Source: Ranitomeya imitator (lineage: Eukaryota). From it: a stretch of 64,000 bases of DNA. The notes below the pieces were generated by a model, which was not told the origin of the DNA, did not search any database, and saw nothing but the letters and a program-made list of their open reading frames with translations. The DNA is taken from the NCBI RefSeq assembly GCF_032444005.1, contig NC_091288.1, positions 203,546,001 through 203,610,000 on the forward strand. The letters run 5' to 3'. Below are positions 1 through 12,250 of this stretch, piece after piece. A program made the translations under genes and the position numbers. Position 1 is the first letter of the stretch, and each line of letters begins with the position of its first letter.

Positions 1-1334
1 AGCCCCCCTTCGAGTCTTTCTTTGATACCTCCTAGGGCATTGTGACTGGCAGGGACACAACGTGCACTATCACCTGGGCCTGCCGAAACATGTCCCCTTG
101 TGTCACCACATGCATTCCTCCACACATAGGCTTAACTGTTTGATGGCCAGAGGTCCAGTGTAAATGTCGCAAATCTGTACAATTCTGGGGGGGGGGGGGG
201 ACTTAGGTTTTATTCAGACGGAAGCATCTTGCTTCCATATTACAGCCGCAAATCCTGGCCAGACTGCGCGTTTATCAAAATCGCCTTTCTGCCCTTCTGT
301 GAAAATCAGAGCGTACTTGGATGTCCAATTTTTTCACAGACCCATTAACTTGCAATTTAGTCCTCCAAGGCAGCGGGACCGAGACAGGTTTACTTCGGCG
401 CTGGTGATGCCATATCGGGCATTCTGGGGTCCTCTGACACTTACTAGCCCCCTGCCACGTCATGTGCGGCTGGTGAGTGACCATTGTGCCCCCAATACCA
501 GGCAGAGGGAGTCTACACGGTTCAATTTTAATAAACACATGAGCTCAAAACCGGCCATGCAAGTCTATGGGTCCGTAAAAAAAAATAAATAAAAATTGGA
601 CTGCACTCGGATGACATCAAAGCGTGGTCCGATTTTCACAGATCGTCAATATGGAGAAGGTGCAGAAACTTATTTTTCTCTCCTTGTACTAGAAAAACTG
701 ATGACACTCGGACCACACTCTGGTCAGAATAATTGATGCGTTTTTCTCCTACGTGGAAAATACTGACAACGTTAATGAGCCCTGAATGAGATATCTGAAA
801 TCTCATGCACATTGCTTATTTTATTTCCTTCCAGATTTGTAGCAATTTCAGCCTCTTTCACCTATTTTAATAGGGAAAAAAAACACATTAAAAAATGCAT
901 CAAAATACAAGACGACGTGTTTTTCCTAACAACGCATAAGTATTTGCAACAGAAAAAAAAAAAACTAAAAGTGGGCAAATACCCTTACACAGATGATCTT
1001 ATCCCCAAAAACAGCGCCACCTCTGTTCACAGGTTGTGTTTAGTATTGCAGATGAGCTGCAGTGCTACAAGATTGCTCCATATCTTCTCCTAAGCTGTAA
1101 CGCGTGTGCTCCCCCTCGTCTACAAAGGCATCGGTATAGGAGATACTCGGCGTGGAAGGGGGTTTGTTAGTATAGGGAAATTGCACAACTAGCAACTCCT
1201 TAAAGGCGCCGTATAAATCGAACAGAAACTGGAACGCAGCGCAAGTCCTCATAGGAGCGGTCATGATGCCTTGCAATGCTCCTAGGGGCGGTCAGGACCA
1301 CTTTTTAGATGAGACCCCATCAATGGCCAGGAAA

Positions 1335-4300
1335 CAATGGTTCTAATATACTTTATTATTTGTCAACACTTTTGTCATAAATAGAAAACATCCAAAGGGT
1401 TTCACAATGACTGGTGCAGCGATGGCGCAAAAAGCAACCAAAATGTTGTGTACGCACACTCGATCACCCACGCACACTGTATAACCTGACATACAAGACA
1501 CACGTATTCATGTACAGCTAGGCGGGGGCAGAAATACCGGAGAAGTGTCTCGCGCCCTAGATTTACAGAATGACAACTGGTAGGATTCTTATATCATGTG
1601 CAATTAAAGTGTGCAATACACTACACACACAAAACCATATGATGGAGAACGGCCGCACAGTCCGTACACCCAGGACCGATGCAAAGCAGAACATACCGAT
1701 ATCCCGAGACATTGCTGAAAGTTTACCAAACATTGGACAGAAGTTGTGGTCTGGACGCCAAAACGGAGGATCAGAAGTTCCCCGCCCGGTTCGGCTTTCA
1801 TATACTTTCAATGAAGCCTCATTTTTCGAGTTGGAGGTCAGATGAGCTCTTATGTTCTCTCATTTATATGTGCAATCAAAATATAGGACGCGTGAAAAAG
1901 TTTTGTGAAAGTGCAGAAACTTTAAAGTTATTTGTCCAGTTTTTTTTTTTATGTCCTCCATATGATGTGAATCCCCTCCGTCCAATGTCAAATCGAGCAC
2001 TAATGGGTGGTCTATTGACGGCGTCCCCCCCGCTGTGGGTCAGCGAGGGAGAGGAAACAATACATGCCTTAATAAGAGATGTGCCCCCTTCTGTCCTCCT
2101 TTCTGCTGCTACAAGGAAAAGTGCAATAGCGTTAGATCAAGTGGAGCAGATCTGAGATTATTGCAATAGGGGGCAAGTTTTTCAGTTCACAATTATATTT
2201 CTTTTACAGAGCCCGTTTTTAGGGGGTCATAATGCAAATACAAGACCCTTACACCCCCACTAATAATTTTACTGAAGTGAGGTTGAATCATTATGGAACC
2301 CTATGGTGATCTATAGCTCTGTCCACATTGTGTTCTGTTCCGAGTCCGACCTATAAATATTGGGCTTTGTCCACACAGATAAGAGCCTAACCCCCCAATT
2401 ATACTGGGGGGGGGGGGGGGGTCGACCTTTACATTTAATAGGACCCTATGCCTGACATTTGCTACCGCATGCCTATACAGCGGTATACGTCGGACCCCGA
2501 CATCGGAAATCTTTCCAAAATACGCCGTCGATGAAAAGCTTCATGTAGTGTGGAAAGAGCCCAGGCTTGGATTAGGAAAGCCACAGGTTGGGGACGGGGG
2601 TCCGAATCTTACAAGGACGAGCAGATTTCTTTAATAAAACCTGGTTCACATACACCAGGAAGAATGGTAAGGCCCACCGTTTTGGCAATACGGAAAAAAA
2701 TTACCGTAAGTGCATATGGTAACATGACCACAGCCTTAAAGGGTGTGTGCGGTCCCTAACCATTCCCCATCGAAAGGTGTGTGGAGAGGGGCGACTAATG
2801 AGAATACGTCAGAAGAAGCCGCCTGGACAGTGCCACGAGTCCTGCCGCTTGTGAACGCGCCTACGTAACCTCACGACGTTACGGTCGCCAGACACACCAC
2901 CCCCCCTTCACACATAACATGCCTACACTTTCCTTCTTTCTGCCAATGCTGGATCTGCCACGGTTCCAATTTTTGGTCAAACCCACAATACAGAGATGTC
3001 TGCATATCCCTCACTATACTTGCCAGTTATAAGCTGCGGCCCACGAGGTACGTTTGGCAAAACATTGACCTGCCATCATTTGCCGTCTACGAATCAAAAT
3101 GACAGCATTGAAGAAGTTAAAACCCGCAGGTGAATAGCACAAAAATCTTCTGCAAAAGAAAAAAAAAAAGTTTCTTTAAAAACATAAAAGCCGATATTGG
3201 GAAATGCAATCTGGAGGGCAATGGGCATACGTAGTTTATTATGGTGCCAGGTTTTGCCACTTTTAAGTGAAGGGCCTGCGATTTTTTTTTTTTTCCCCCT
3301 TCGCACTTGTTTATTGCCACCCAATTACATAGCATACAGGGTCATCTAGGGACTTTACGGTATGTGCTGGCGAGAAAAGTGTAACAGACATTGTATAGAT
3401 CTTACATTTAATTATGTACTAATATGAGCAAACGCATGTACGTGGACAAGTGCAAAGTCAGTACTAAAGGAAAAAAAATTTAAATAAATTAAAATTGGAT
3501 GAGCCAAAAAAATAATAATAAAAAAAAAATAAAAAAAAAAAATCACAAAAAACATGCTGCAAATATGATACAGTCCATAAAAGGAACACAATATAAATCT
3601 ATGGATTAGGAAACAACACAAATCTGATTAATAAGCCAGGCAGAGATGTGGCATGATGTGACGGCGGCTATTAAATGCATGAAGCCGAGGGGCGGGGCAG
3701 CCAAACTTTGCGCTGTTCATTACCATTATATTAATCAGGTATTTGCACGGTGAGGCATGAGGATAATGAGGGAGGTTTTGCAAAAAAAAAAAAAGGCTAA
3801 CGCTAGGGTTAACAAAGAAAAAAAAAAAATTGCATGACGCGATTACTTGGCATCTGCTTTGTCTCAGTTGACAGCAACTCTTGCCAGTTGGCATGAAGAT
3901 AGGACCCCAATGTACACACCCTGCCTGAAAAGAGGGCGCCATTACTGTACTGGGATGGGTCCTCCGCTACGCTCTGTAGGATAATGTCAGTATTGGTCGG
4001 ACCGCACGCTCCTTGTGCCACATACAACACATAAGGAAGACCTGAATGGGAAGGGCGACTGTGTCCTCTACATAGCAGAGGCCTCACAAACCGCTGCATA
4101 TATATATATATATATAGATAGATAGATATATGTAAAACTCTGCAACCATGTAGACACCAACATCAACTGATTGTAAGGAAAAAAATAGAAGTCATAAAAA
4201 TAAAAAAAAATTAGACATGCAGCTCCAGGCTACAAAAATAGGGCAGAATGTAGGCTGCTTCCTGTGTCGCCGGAGAGAACGGGATCTTCTTTGAAAGTTT

Positions 4301-4503
4301 TCATTAGGAAACCATAAGGGTTATATAGCAGCAGCCAGAAAGTAATGAAGATCCCATTATCAGGTCCTGTACATAAAAAGTCGTGTGCAGGACAGATCCT
4401 GGGCTGCCGAGAGCGTGGAAGGCAAGACCGACCCTGTATCCTATGACCGTGTCGCTCCTCTGGCAGCCGGCGCGCAGTCACGGAGATGTGCAGCCATGGG
4501 GAT
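1335..4503 (-). other. NAA60: Probable non-coding terminal (3' UTR) exon of NAA60; distal end uncertain
   Basis: Donor CAG|GTATG lies 7 nt after the NAA60 stop (GT at 5515-5514). The next strong minus-strand acceptor is CTTAAT...TTCTCCCTTTTCCTGCAG| ending at 4504. Minus-strand AATAAA candidates at about 3235-3240 and 1352-1357. Confidence 0.4.
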
Positions 4504-5521
4504 CTGCAGGAAAAGGGAGAAATTATTAAGTGTTAGGGTAGTGCCACCAGTGACACGGTGTCTCAACCAGCATAAGTGTATGATCGTTGGGAGCCCCAGA
4601 TGCCGAGACCCCCACACAGGGGTCCTAAAGTCCCGTGTGTGAGCGAGCATGTGCGACCATCACTCCTATACGGTGAATGGAGCAATGGTCGCACATGCTC
4701 ATTTACACAAGTGACTTTGAGACTCCCCCATGGGTCAACCCTTTTAATCCCGAGAACAAAGGTCTGGTGTCTCCTGTGTGAAAGGAAAGAGTTCATTGCA
4801 GGACCCTGGACCAACGGCCATCAAATCTACTAATCACAGGCGGCTCTGGGGTTAGGAGGAAGATCGCAGGGCTACCAATGTGGCCAATGGACCAGTGTCC
4901 TGCAATTCTTTTTGCTCCACTCTGATGACCAATGCTCCACTGCATGTCATGTGCATTCACAGGGGGACCCCCTTTATCAGGATCAGTGATAACCATTAAT
5001 GCAGAAGTTTGCATAAAGCCCATAGATTAGAAGAGAAAAAGCTGTGGACACATGCAGCCCTGTCTCCCATCAGCCAAAGAAGGCTGTACCCCAGTTCTCT
5101 CTATAGATAGGAAAATGATTTTTAAATGTATGGTTACATCTGATAGGACAGCGCCCCCTGTGGCCATAGGAACTTCCAGATTATACACAGCACGGGAGTA
5201 CCCTTGTGTTTGGTGTTATGTCTAATATGATTAATTGATGCTTGGAACAACATGACAAAAGAGAAAAAGAAGAAAGTGAAATGAGACAGAAGCAAAAATA
5301 AGGAAACATGTAAATTGGCTGCAGAAATGGTTTTTCTTTATCATGTAGGCACTAGGGACTTCCCTGAAAATTCTTTAAGCCGTGCAATGGCTGCCCTAGT
5401 TTCTGGTAGTACATGATAGACACGACCTGCCATGGGAGTGACAGTGCCCTCTGCACTCCCGCAGTGTCAGTGGTGACAGTGCCCTCGGCACTCCTGCAGT
5501 GTCAGTGTGCCATACCTGTTA

Positions 5522-7267
5522 TCACATGGTGCGACTGTACTCGATGCCACTCTTTGCAGAGATGCTGGACCAGGGAAGTAAACTACGCAGCAGAGTGTGG
5601 GCCTGGCGGTAGATCCTCTGGGGCAGCGAGCATGGGCTGAGACCGGCCAGGGCAGAACCCAGGTGCTGCAGATAGTCCGTGAAGAAACATTAAGGAAGAT
5701 AAAGAAGTAAAGAAAGTATGGCCGACCTCGACATGGTGTAAAAGAATAGCATTAATTCTCCCACTATCTAATGCTTGAAGCCAACTAGACATCTTTTAAA
5801 GGGGTCCCGAGTGCTGACATTGACAGCCTATCTTTAGGATATCAGACCGGAGGGGTCCGACAGTCAGCACCCTGACTGATCCGCTGTATGCAGCTGCAGC
5901 CGGACGCATAGTGCAATGTGTAGTGGACGTTTTGGGGTACTGCAACTCAGCTCCCATTCACTTCAACACGAGCTGATCTGCAGTACTCAAGAACGGGCAC
6001 TATACAGCGTATGAATCTGTGCTATTCCGGCTCCATATATCCAGCTGTCGAGGGAGCTGCAAAAAAAAAAAAAAAAAATCAGTGGAGTGCTGGGTGTCTG
6101 ACTCCACCGATCTGATATTCTAAGGAAAGGCCAACAATATCTAAGTAGAGGAAAACCCCCTTTAAGGAGGCCAAACCTGCTAATTTTGGTGGAAATGACT
6201 GACCAGTAAATGTGTTTGGGGAAGTCCCGACTCTTCTCTGACAGCAAATGTTTTTGGAGGATCAGGCATGTTGGATTTCAACATGCCCGATCCTTTGTTA
6301 ACCCAGTGACAGAGGTGTCCAGCAGCCATTTACATTCCTCTTCCTATTCAGAACACATGCACGCTCAGCTGAAGTGAGAGTGCATGTGTATATGGAGAGA
6401 GGAGAAAAACTGAAGGATCTTCTTTCCTAAACCCCCATTAATCTGAGAAGGATATATCACAGTCCAGGGCGGGTGCCCTCCGTTGAGGTATAGCACATAC
6501 GTGTAGGCATCCTGCAGCACCCCGCGGATGGAGTAGTAGTACGGCAGATAGTGGTGCTGATGGAAGTGTCGGTTCTCGTAAAAGCGAATGGCACTGCTGT
6601 TGGTGGTCAGCACGTGCAGGTACAGCGCCTTGCACAGGTCCTGGGCGGTACTGGAGATGTGACTCTTCAGACTTTCCAGCAGCAGGGACCCTGATAATAA
6701 AAAAAAAGCCCATTAGCGAGTGAGTAAGCACAGATACCAATTGCGGTCTGCCGCCGCGGGTCTCACCAATGCCCTGTTTCCTGAACTCCTTCACCACGCC
6801 CAGGCTCAGTATGTATGCCACCTGCGTGTCGCTGGTGAAGCTGGACGCCAAGATGTCCCCATCCTACAAGGAGGGAAATAAAGAATTAAGGTGACGACGC
6901 CGACAAGGGCGATATAAGAAGATGGCGACGCTTCCACTCACCTCTTTGTGCACTTTGGTCCTGCTCTTTATTTCGGCTACAATCATGCCCACTATTTGCC
7001 CATTGTAGGTGGCAGCCAGGGAGAAGAATTTCTTGTTCGATGTGATGTCTCGGTACCAGGAATCCGGGTACCTGCGAGGGATCGTAATAAGGGATGACGT
7101 ACATAGGATATCCAATACTGCTCGGGGCAATGGCCGCCCCCTCGGGGATAGACTTACTCGATGGGAAACCAGTCGGCACATAGTTCCTTCACCGTGTCTA
7201 TGTCATCATGGCACAGGAAGCGCAGGACCGTGTCAGCGAGAGCAGCGGGGGAGCCCTCCTCGCTCAT
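5522..7267 (-). CDS. NAA60: N-alpha-acetyltransferase 60 (NatF); join(7267-7158, 7071-6942, 6863-6767, 6690-6456, 5678-5522), 242 aa
   Basis: Spliced translation MSEEGSPAALADTVLRFLCHDDIDTVKELCADWFPIEYPDSWYRDITSNKKFFSLAATY...VAYILSLGVVKEFRKQGIG...LHVLTTN...GGHPPWTVMDYLQHLGSAL...SGIEYSRTM* matches vertebrate NAA60 motifs. Exons of 110/130/97/235/157 nt sum to 729 nt in one frame. Confidence 0.97.
5679..6455 (-). other. NAA60: U12-type (minor spliceosome) AT-AC intron in NAA60
   Basis: 5' site |ATATCCTTCT, branch TTCCTTAAT about 10 nt before terminal AC|. This is the only junction that keeps the frame (AT|G = Met191). Confidence 0.93.
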
Positions 7268-7694
7268 TCACACCTGGCAGCGACGGCAGAAAAATAAAAA
7301 TAAGTTCATGAGAAATTCTCCTCCAGGGGGCAGTATACTTTTACGTCAACAGCTTTGTTCTACCCGTCCAGACACTACCACCCCCAGCCTCCTCCGAAGA
7401 GGCGAGCTGAAGGATTACACTTCCCGTATCCTGTATCCAACCACTGTAACCCAAGAGCAGCCTCGGGTATCAGGTACCCAAGTCACAGCAGCCTCGTGCG
7501 TGAAGTGCCAAGGATCGGCCGCCTTTGTCTGCCCAGACACTAAATCCTTGGAGTATGTGCCCAGAGACTGTGATTGTTGCACCCTGGCACAGCAGAGATT
7601 ACAAGCACGCCCAATAGATAGAGGACGTACCCTACACGCAGTACGGGCGTGGAGGCAGCGGATTATGGGGCAGCGTGAAGGCAAACAGCCTCAC

Positions 7695-7771
7695 CTTGGT
7701 TCTGGAGCAGCGTGGCCTCGGATCAGCGTCTCCCGGCCGAGCCCCTCCACCGTTTACAGAGACTCCATGAG
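7695..7771 (-). other. NAA60: Candidate 5' UTR exon of NAA60 containing a 4-codon uORF
   Basis: Pyrimidine tract + TTCAG| acceptor and AAG|GTGAGG donor. Contains ATG GAG TCT CTG TAA. The next exon starts GTGTGA-ATG at 7273. Confidence 0.45.
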
Positions 7772-8631
7772 CTGAAGACAGAAAGGAGACGAGAACACAG
7801 ATTACTCCCGATGGTGCCGCAAAGCCCCCTCACTCCTGCCATCAGGTGGCTGGGATCTCGGCTATATGGCGGCATGGTACCTCGGGTACCTGGGGCGCTC
7901 TACAAGCCCTGAAAGAAGGAAGACATTACTTCTTTATGGGGTCTTTAAAGGGTTACTCAGGTGCGGTTCACTTTTGCATAAAGTGGGGATGACGTCCCAT
8001 CGACCAGCGCCCGACAGGTTGCACACGTCCTGGCAGGCACCGGCCCACTGCACTCCATCAGCTGCCACTGAGGCTGTCAGTACTGGTCCAGGGCCGTGAA
8101 CTGAAGCCGTAACACAAAATACGACCTTAATTGCACAGAAGCCCCTTTTATAGGATTATTTCCAAAATTGTATGATATCTCCTTTGCATTGGCTAACTGA
8201 TGGTGGTCCGACTGCTGGGACCCTCAGCAATTCCAAAGACGGGACTATGGTCTTCAATGGAGCTAAGGTGCACATACTCGACCTCTGGGTCTGCGGGAAA
8301 TAGCAGAGCCGTGTATTCAGCTATCTCCTGCAGTCCCATAAACAATGGATGGATGTCCCAGTGTTGGGACCCCCAGAGATCAGCAAGTGACCCGCTATCC
8401 TGCGGATCGGACATAACTTGCTAAGATAAAATACCCCTTTAAGTGGAATTAAAAAGGTTACACAGGTGTTTATAAACACGGACAAATTAAAGGGATGTTC
8501 CTATGATCTCTCTTCAGGAGCTCCTGATGATCATGCCGAGGGTCCGATCTGTCCTCTTTCTTTTTGCAGAGACAGCTTTTTCTCTTCAAAATAAGAAGAC
8601 CGCAGGGGCACTGAATCTGGATGTATCCCGC

Positions 8632-9228
8632 CAGCTTCGGAGCAGCACTTACAAGCTCTACATCAACAAGCTTGTAAACCCTGTCCTCTTTCTTATGCTG
8701 CAAGTAAAGACAGCTTTGTTTCTGCAGCATAGGAAGACCGCAGCTTCAGAGCAGCGCTTACAAGCTCTACATCAACAAGCTTGTAAGCTCTGTCCTCTCG
8801 CTTATGCTGCAAGTAAAGACAGCTTTGTTTCTGCAGCATAGGAAGACCGCAGCTTCGGAGCAGCACTTACAAGCTCTACATCAACAAGCTTGTAAGCCCT
8901 GTCCTCTTTCTTATGCTGCAAGTAAAGACAGCTTTGTTTCTGCAGCATAGGAAGACCGCAGCTTCAGAGCAGCGCTTACAAGCTCTAAATCAACAAGCTT
9001 GTAAGCCTTGTCCTCTTTCTTATGCTGCAAGTAAAGACAGCTTTGTTTCTGCAGCATAGGAAGACCGCAGCTTCAGAGCAGCGCTTACAAGCTCTAAATC
9101 AACAAGCTTGTAAGCCCTGTCCTCTTTCTTATGCTGCAAGTAAAGACAGCTTTGTTTCTGCAGCATAGGAAGACCGCAGCTTCAGAGCAGTGCTTATAAG
9201 CTCTACATCAACAAGCTTGTAAGCCCTG
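8632..9228. repeat. 109-bp tandem repeat, about 5.5 copies
   Basis: GGAAGACCGC recurs at 8732, 8841, 8950, 9059 and 9168. Each unit has two internal inverted repeats. Confidence 0.95.
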
Positions 9229-9351
9229 TGCTTTTTCCCTTGGAGACCAGCCACTGCTGATAAGATTGCAGCGGTGCACAGCACCCTTGCCAAGGAGCAG
9301 AAAGCTATAAAAACTAAAAATCCTCCTTTCTTGGGAATAAAGAGGATTTTT

Positions 9352-10581
9352 TTAACCCCTTTCTGCTATCAGATGGACTAGTACGTCCAATGGAAGAACC
9401 CCCACTTTGATGCGGGCTACGGTGGTAAGCCCGCATCAAAGCCGGGACATGTCAGCTGTTTTCAACAGAAGACATGTGCCCGCAATAGACGCACGTGGGA
9501 TCGCGATCCGCCCATGCCTATTAACTAGTTAAATGCCGCTGTCAAACTCTGACAGCGGCATTTTACAAGCACTTCTGGCCGGAAATGCGTGCACCGGTGA
9601 CCCCGTCACGTGATCAGGGGTCAGCGGTGAATCAGCATGACAACCAGAGGTCTCCTGGAGACATCTATGGTTGTTGATGCCGGATTACTGTGAGCGCCAC
9701 CCTGTGGTCGGCACTCATAGCAATGCTGTAATTTAGCTACATAGAGGCGATCTAAGCATCGCCCCTATGTAGCAGAGCCGATTAGGCTATGCCAGCTTCT
9801 AGTCTCCCATGGAGGCTATTGAAGCATGGCAAAAGTACAAAAAAAAATGTTTTTAAAAATATGAAAAAAATAAAAAAAAATATAAAAGTTTAAATCACTC
9901 ACTTTTGCCCCGTTCAAGATAAAACAATAAAAAAAACCCATACACATATTTGGTATCGCCGCGTTCAGAATCGCCCGATCTATCAATAAAAAAGGATTAA
10001 CCTGATCGCTAACTGGCGTAGCGAGAAGTTTTTTTGGTCGCCGCGACATTGCATTAAAATGCAATAACGAGCGATCAAAAGAACACATCTGCACAAAAAT
10101 GGTACCATTAAAAACGCCAGCTCTGCACGCAAAAAAATAAGCCCTCACCTGTCCCCAGATCACGAAAAATGGAGACGCTACTGGTATCGGAAAATTGCGC
10201 AATTTTTTTTTAGCAAAGTTTGGAATTTTTTTTACGACTTAGATAAAAAATAACCTAGACATGTTAGGTGTCTATGAACTCGTAATAACCTGGAGAATCA
10301 TAATGGCAGGTCAGTTTTAGCATTTAGGGAACCTAGCAAAAAAGCCAAACAAAACACAAGTGTGGGACTGCACTTTTTTTTTTTTTTGCAATTTCACCGC
10401 ACTTCCGTTTTCTAGTACACGACATGGTAAAACCAATGGTGTCTTCAAAAGAACAACTTGTATCGAAAAAAAACCAAGCCCTCACATGGCCATATTGACA
10501 GGAAAAAAAAAAGCCATGGCTCTGGGAAGGAGGGGAGCGAAAAAATGAAAACACAAAACCGAAAAAAGCTCCGGGGGTTAA
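9352..10581. mobile_element. Non-autonomous TTAA-flanked DNA transposon (piggyBac-like ends)
   Basis: TTAA-CCCC ... GGGG-TTAA termini, no transposase ORF. Confidence 0.6.
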
Positions 10582-10954
10582 AGAAGAAAATTGCCTGTGT
10601 TTACAAGCGCTTTGCAATTTTACCCATTTAAAGGGGTCCTCTGATGATATACAGATCCACAGCTCAGCTATAGTGTCTGCAGTGAAATACCGCAGTGGGA
10701 AGCAGGACGAGCTTTTAACAATTCTCATCCACGTCCTACGGAAAATTTCGAAGCAGAAAGTGTCCGGCGGTGCCGATTGCTAAGTACGCAGCATGTAAAT
10801 TCCCCGGCGGTCCCCAGCGATGACGTGTAGCCGTAGTCTGCAGCGTCCGCGCGTCATCCTCCGGTATTTTTGCAGAAAGGAAATCCGCAAGATCTGCCAT
10901 GAAATCAGTTGGTGAATTTTTCCAAACGTTTAAGGGGCTCACGAGCCAATGCTA

Positions 10955-11229
10955 GGCTACGTTCACATTCGCGTTGTTGTGTGCTGCGTCGGCGACGCAA
11001 CGCACGCAAAAACGCATGCAAAACGCTGCGTTTTGTGATGCATGCGTTCATTTTTATAGCGCAAATAAAATGCAACAAGCAGCGTCCTCTGCGCCCCGAC
11101 GCTTGCGTCCAAAAAACGCATGCGTCACAAAACGCAACACAACGCATGTCCATGCGCCCCCCATGTTAAATATAGGGGCGCATGCGTCGCCGCGGTTGTG
11201 CCCGACGCACCGCAAATGTGAACGTAGCC
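10955..11229. mobile_element. PIF/Harbinger-type MITE
   Basis: TIR GGCTACGTTCACATT ... AATGTGAACGTAGCC, TWA-like flanks, palindromic interior. Confidence 0.75.
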
Positions 11230-11378
11230 TAAAGCTGCAACTTGAGGGGTAACGGCAAGTTATGGGGGTCCAGTCCCGTGTCCGGACCGCCTGCCCCACA
11301 AGCCTCGTGTATGCCAGTGAGGCCCGTGGGGCAGGAGACCAAACCGTGACTGAACAGCCTTAAAGGGGTCCTGTTGTG

Positions 11379-11409
<31 letters not shown>

Positions 11410-11572
11410 TACATACAACTCAATTAAAGGGGTCCTGCAGGGAATTAAAGATGTAAACAGACACCAACTAAAAGGAGCTTGCTGATTGAGTATTTGGACC
11501 CCTTTAATAAGGAGGTGGCAGTTCTGGAGCATGACCTATATGGCAGGTGTATCCTGCAGCCCCCAGGATCTG

Positions 11573-11757
11573 ATCTCACAGTGTATCCCATCTCACAGTG
11601 TATCCCATCTCACAGTGTATCCCATCTCACAGTGTATCCCATCTCACAGTGTTTCCCATCTCACAGTGTATCCCATCTCACAGTGTATCCCATCTCACAG
11701 TGTATCCCATCTCACAGTGTATCCCATCTCACAGTGTATCCCATCTCACAGTGTATC
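11573..11757. repeat. 17-bp minisatellite (GTGTATCCCATCTCACA)n, about 11 copies
   Basis: Direct reading of the tandem units. Confidence 0.95.
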
Positions 11758-11759
11758 CC

Positions 11760-12250
11760 TCCGCCTGGGGACGCCTCACACACACTCTCGCCTGCATTAC
11801 CCGTGTCTCCTCCGCGCTGCTCTCTCCCGCTTCCTCCCGGTGCGGTGACGTCGCCGCTGGTCCCTCAGTTGTTTTGCTGTCGGCAGCACAGGAACAGGAA
11901 GCCGATCTTCCTCTCCAGCTCATGCGCGTCACCCGGCAGTCCGCCTGCTGCTGTGCGCAGGGTGCGTGCGTGTGCGCGGCGATCTCCATAGCAACAAAGG
12001 CCGCGAGACGAGTCCTTCCTCTACGCGCAGGCGCGGCCCGCCGGTCACACTGTCTTGACTGACACCGTGCACGCACGTACTGCGGCGCTGACGGTCACGC
12101 TCTCGCTCCGTCCTGTGTCCGTGCGTGGAGGGCACGTGCTTGTGTCCGCTGCGGATACTACAAACGCACCGTGTGAACTAAATAATAAATGGCCACTCTG
12201 TGTAGGGGAGAGGGCAGCACGCTCCATTTTGCTTGTGCGGCGTCCATATT
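11760..12250 (-). promoter_or_regulatory. CpG island, probable NAA60 promoter and first exon
   Basis: CpG-dense. CRE-like GTGACGTC near 11845, RFX X-box-like CTCCATAGCAAC near 11984-11995, NRF1-like CGCGCAGGCGCG near 12024. Minus-strand donor GG|GTAATG at about 11800. Confidence 0.6.

Noticed and set aside
84-97. CC-GAAA-CATG-TC, the 3' half of a hammerhead
   Set aside because: No CUGANGA core or matching stem I upstream.
1033-1170. Acceptor-like TGTTCACAG followed by an open frame VVFSIADELQCYKIAP...
   Set aside because: No recognisable family, no partner exons and no poly(A) signal; left unassigned.
11479-12062. ORFs of 120-170 aa with SQCIPSHSVSHLTVYPI repeats
   Set aside because: Translations of the 17-bp minisatellite and GC-rich promoter.
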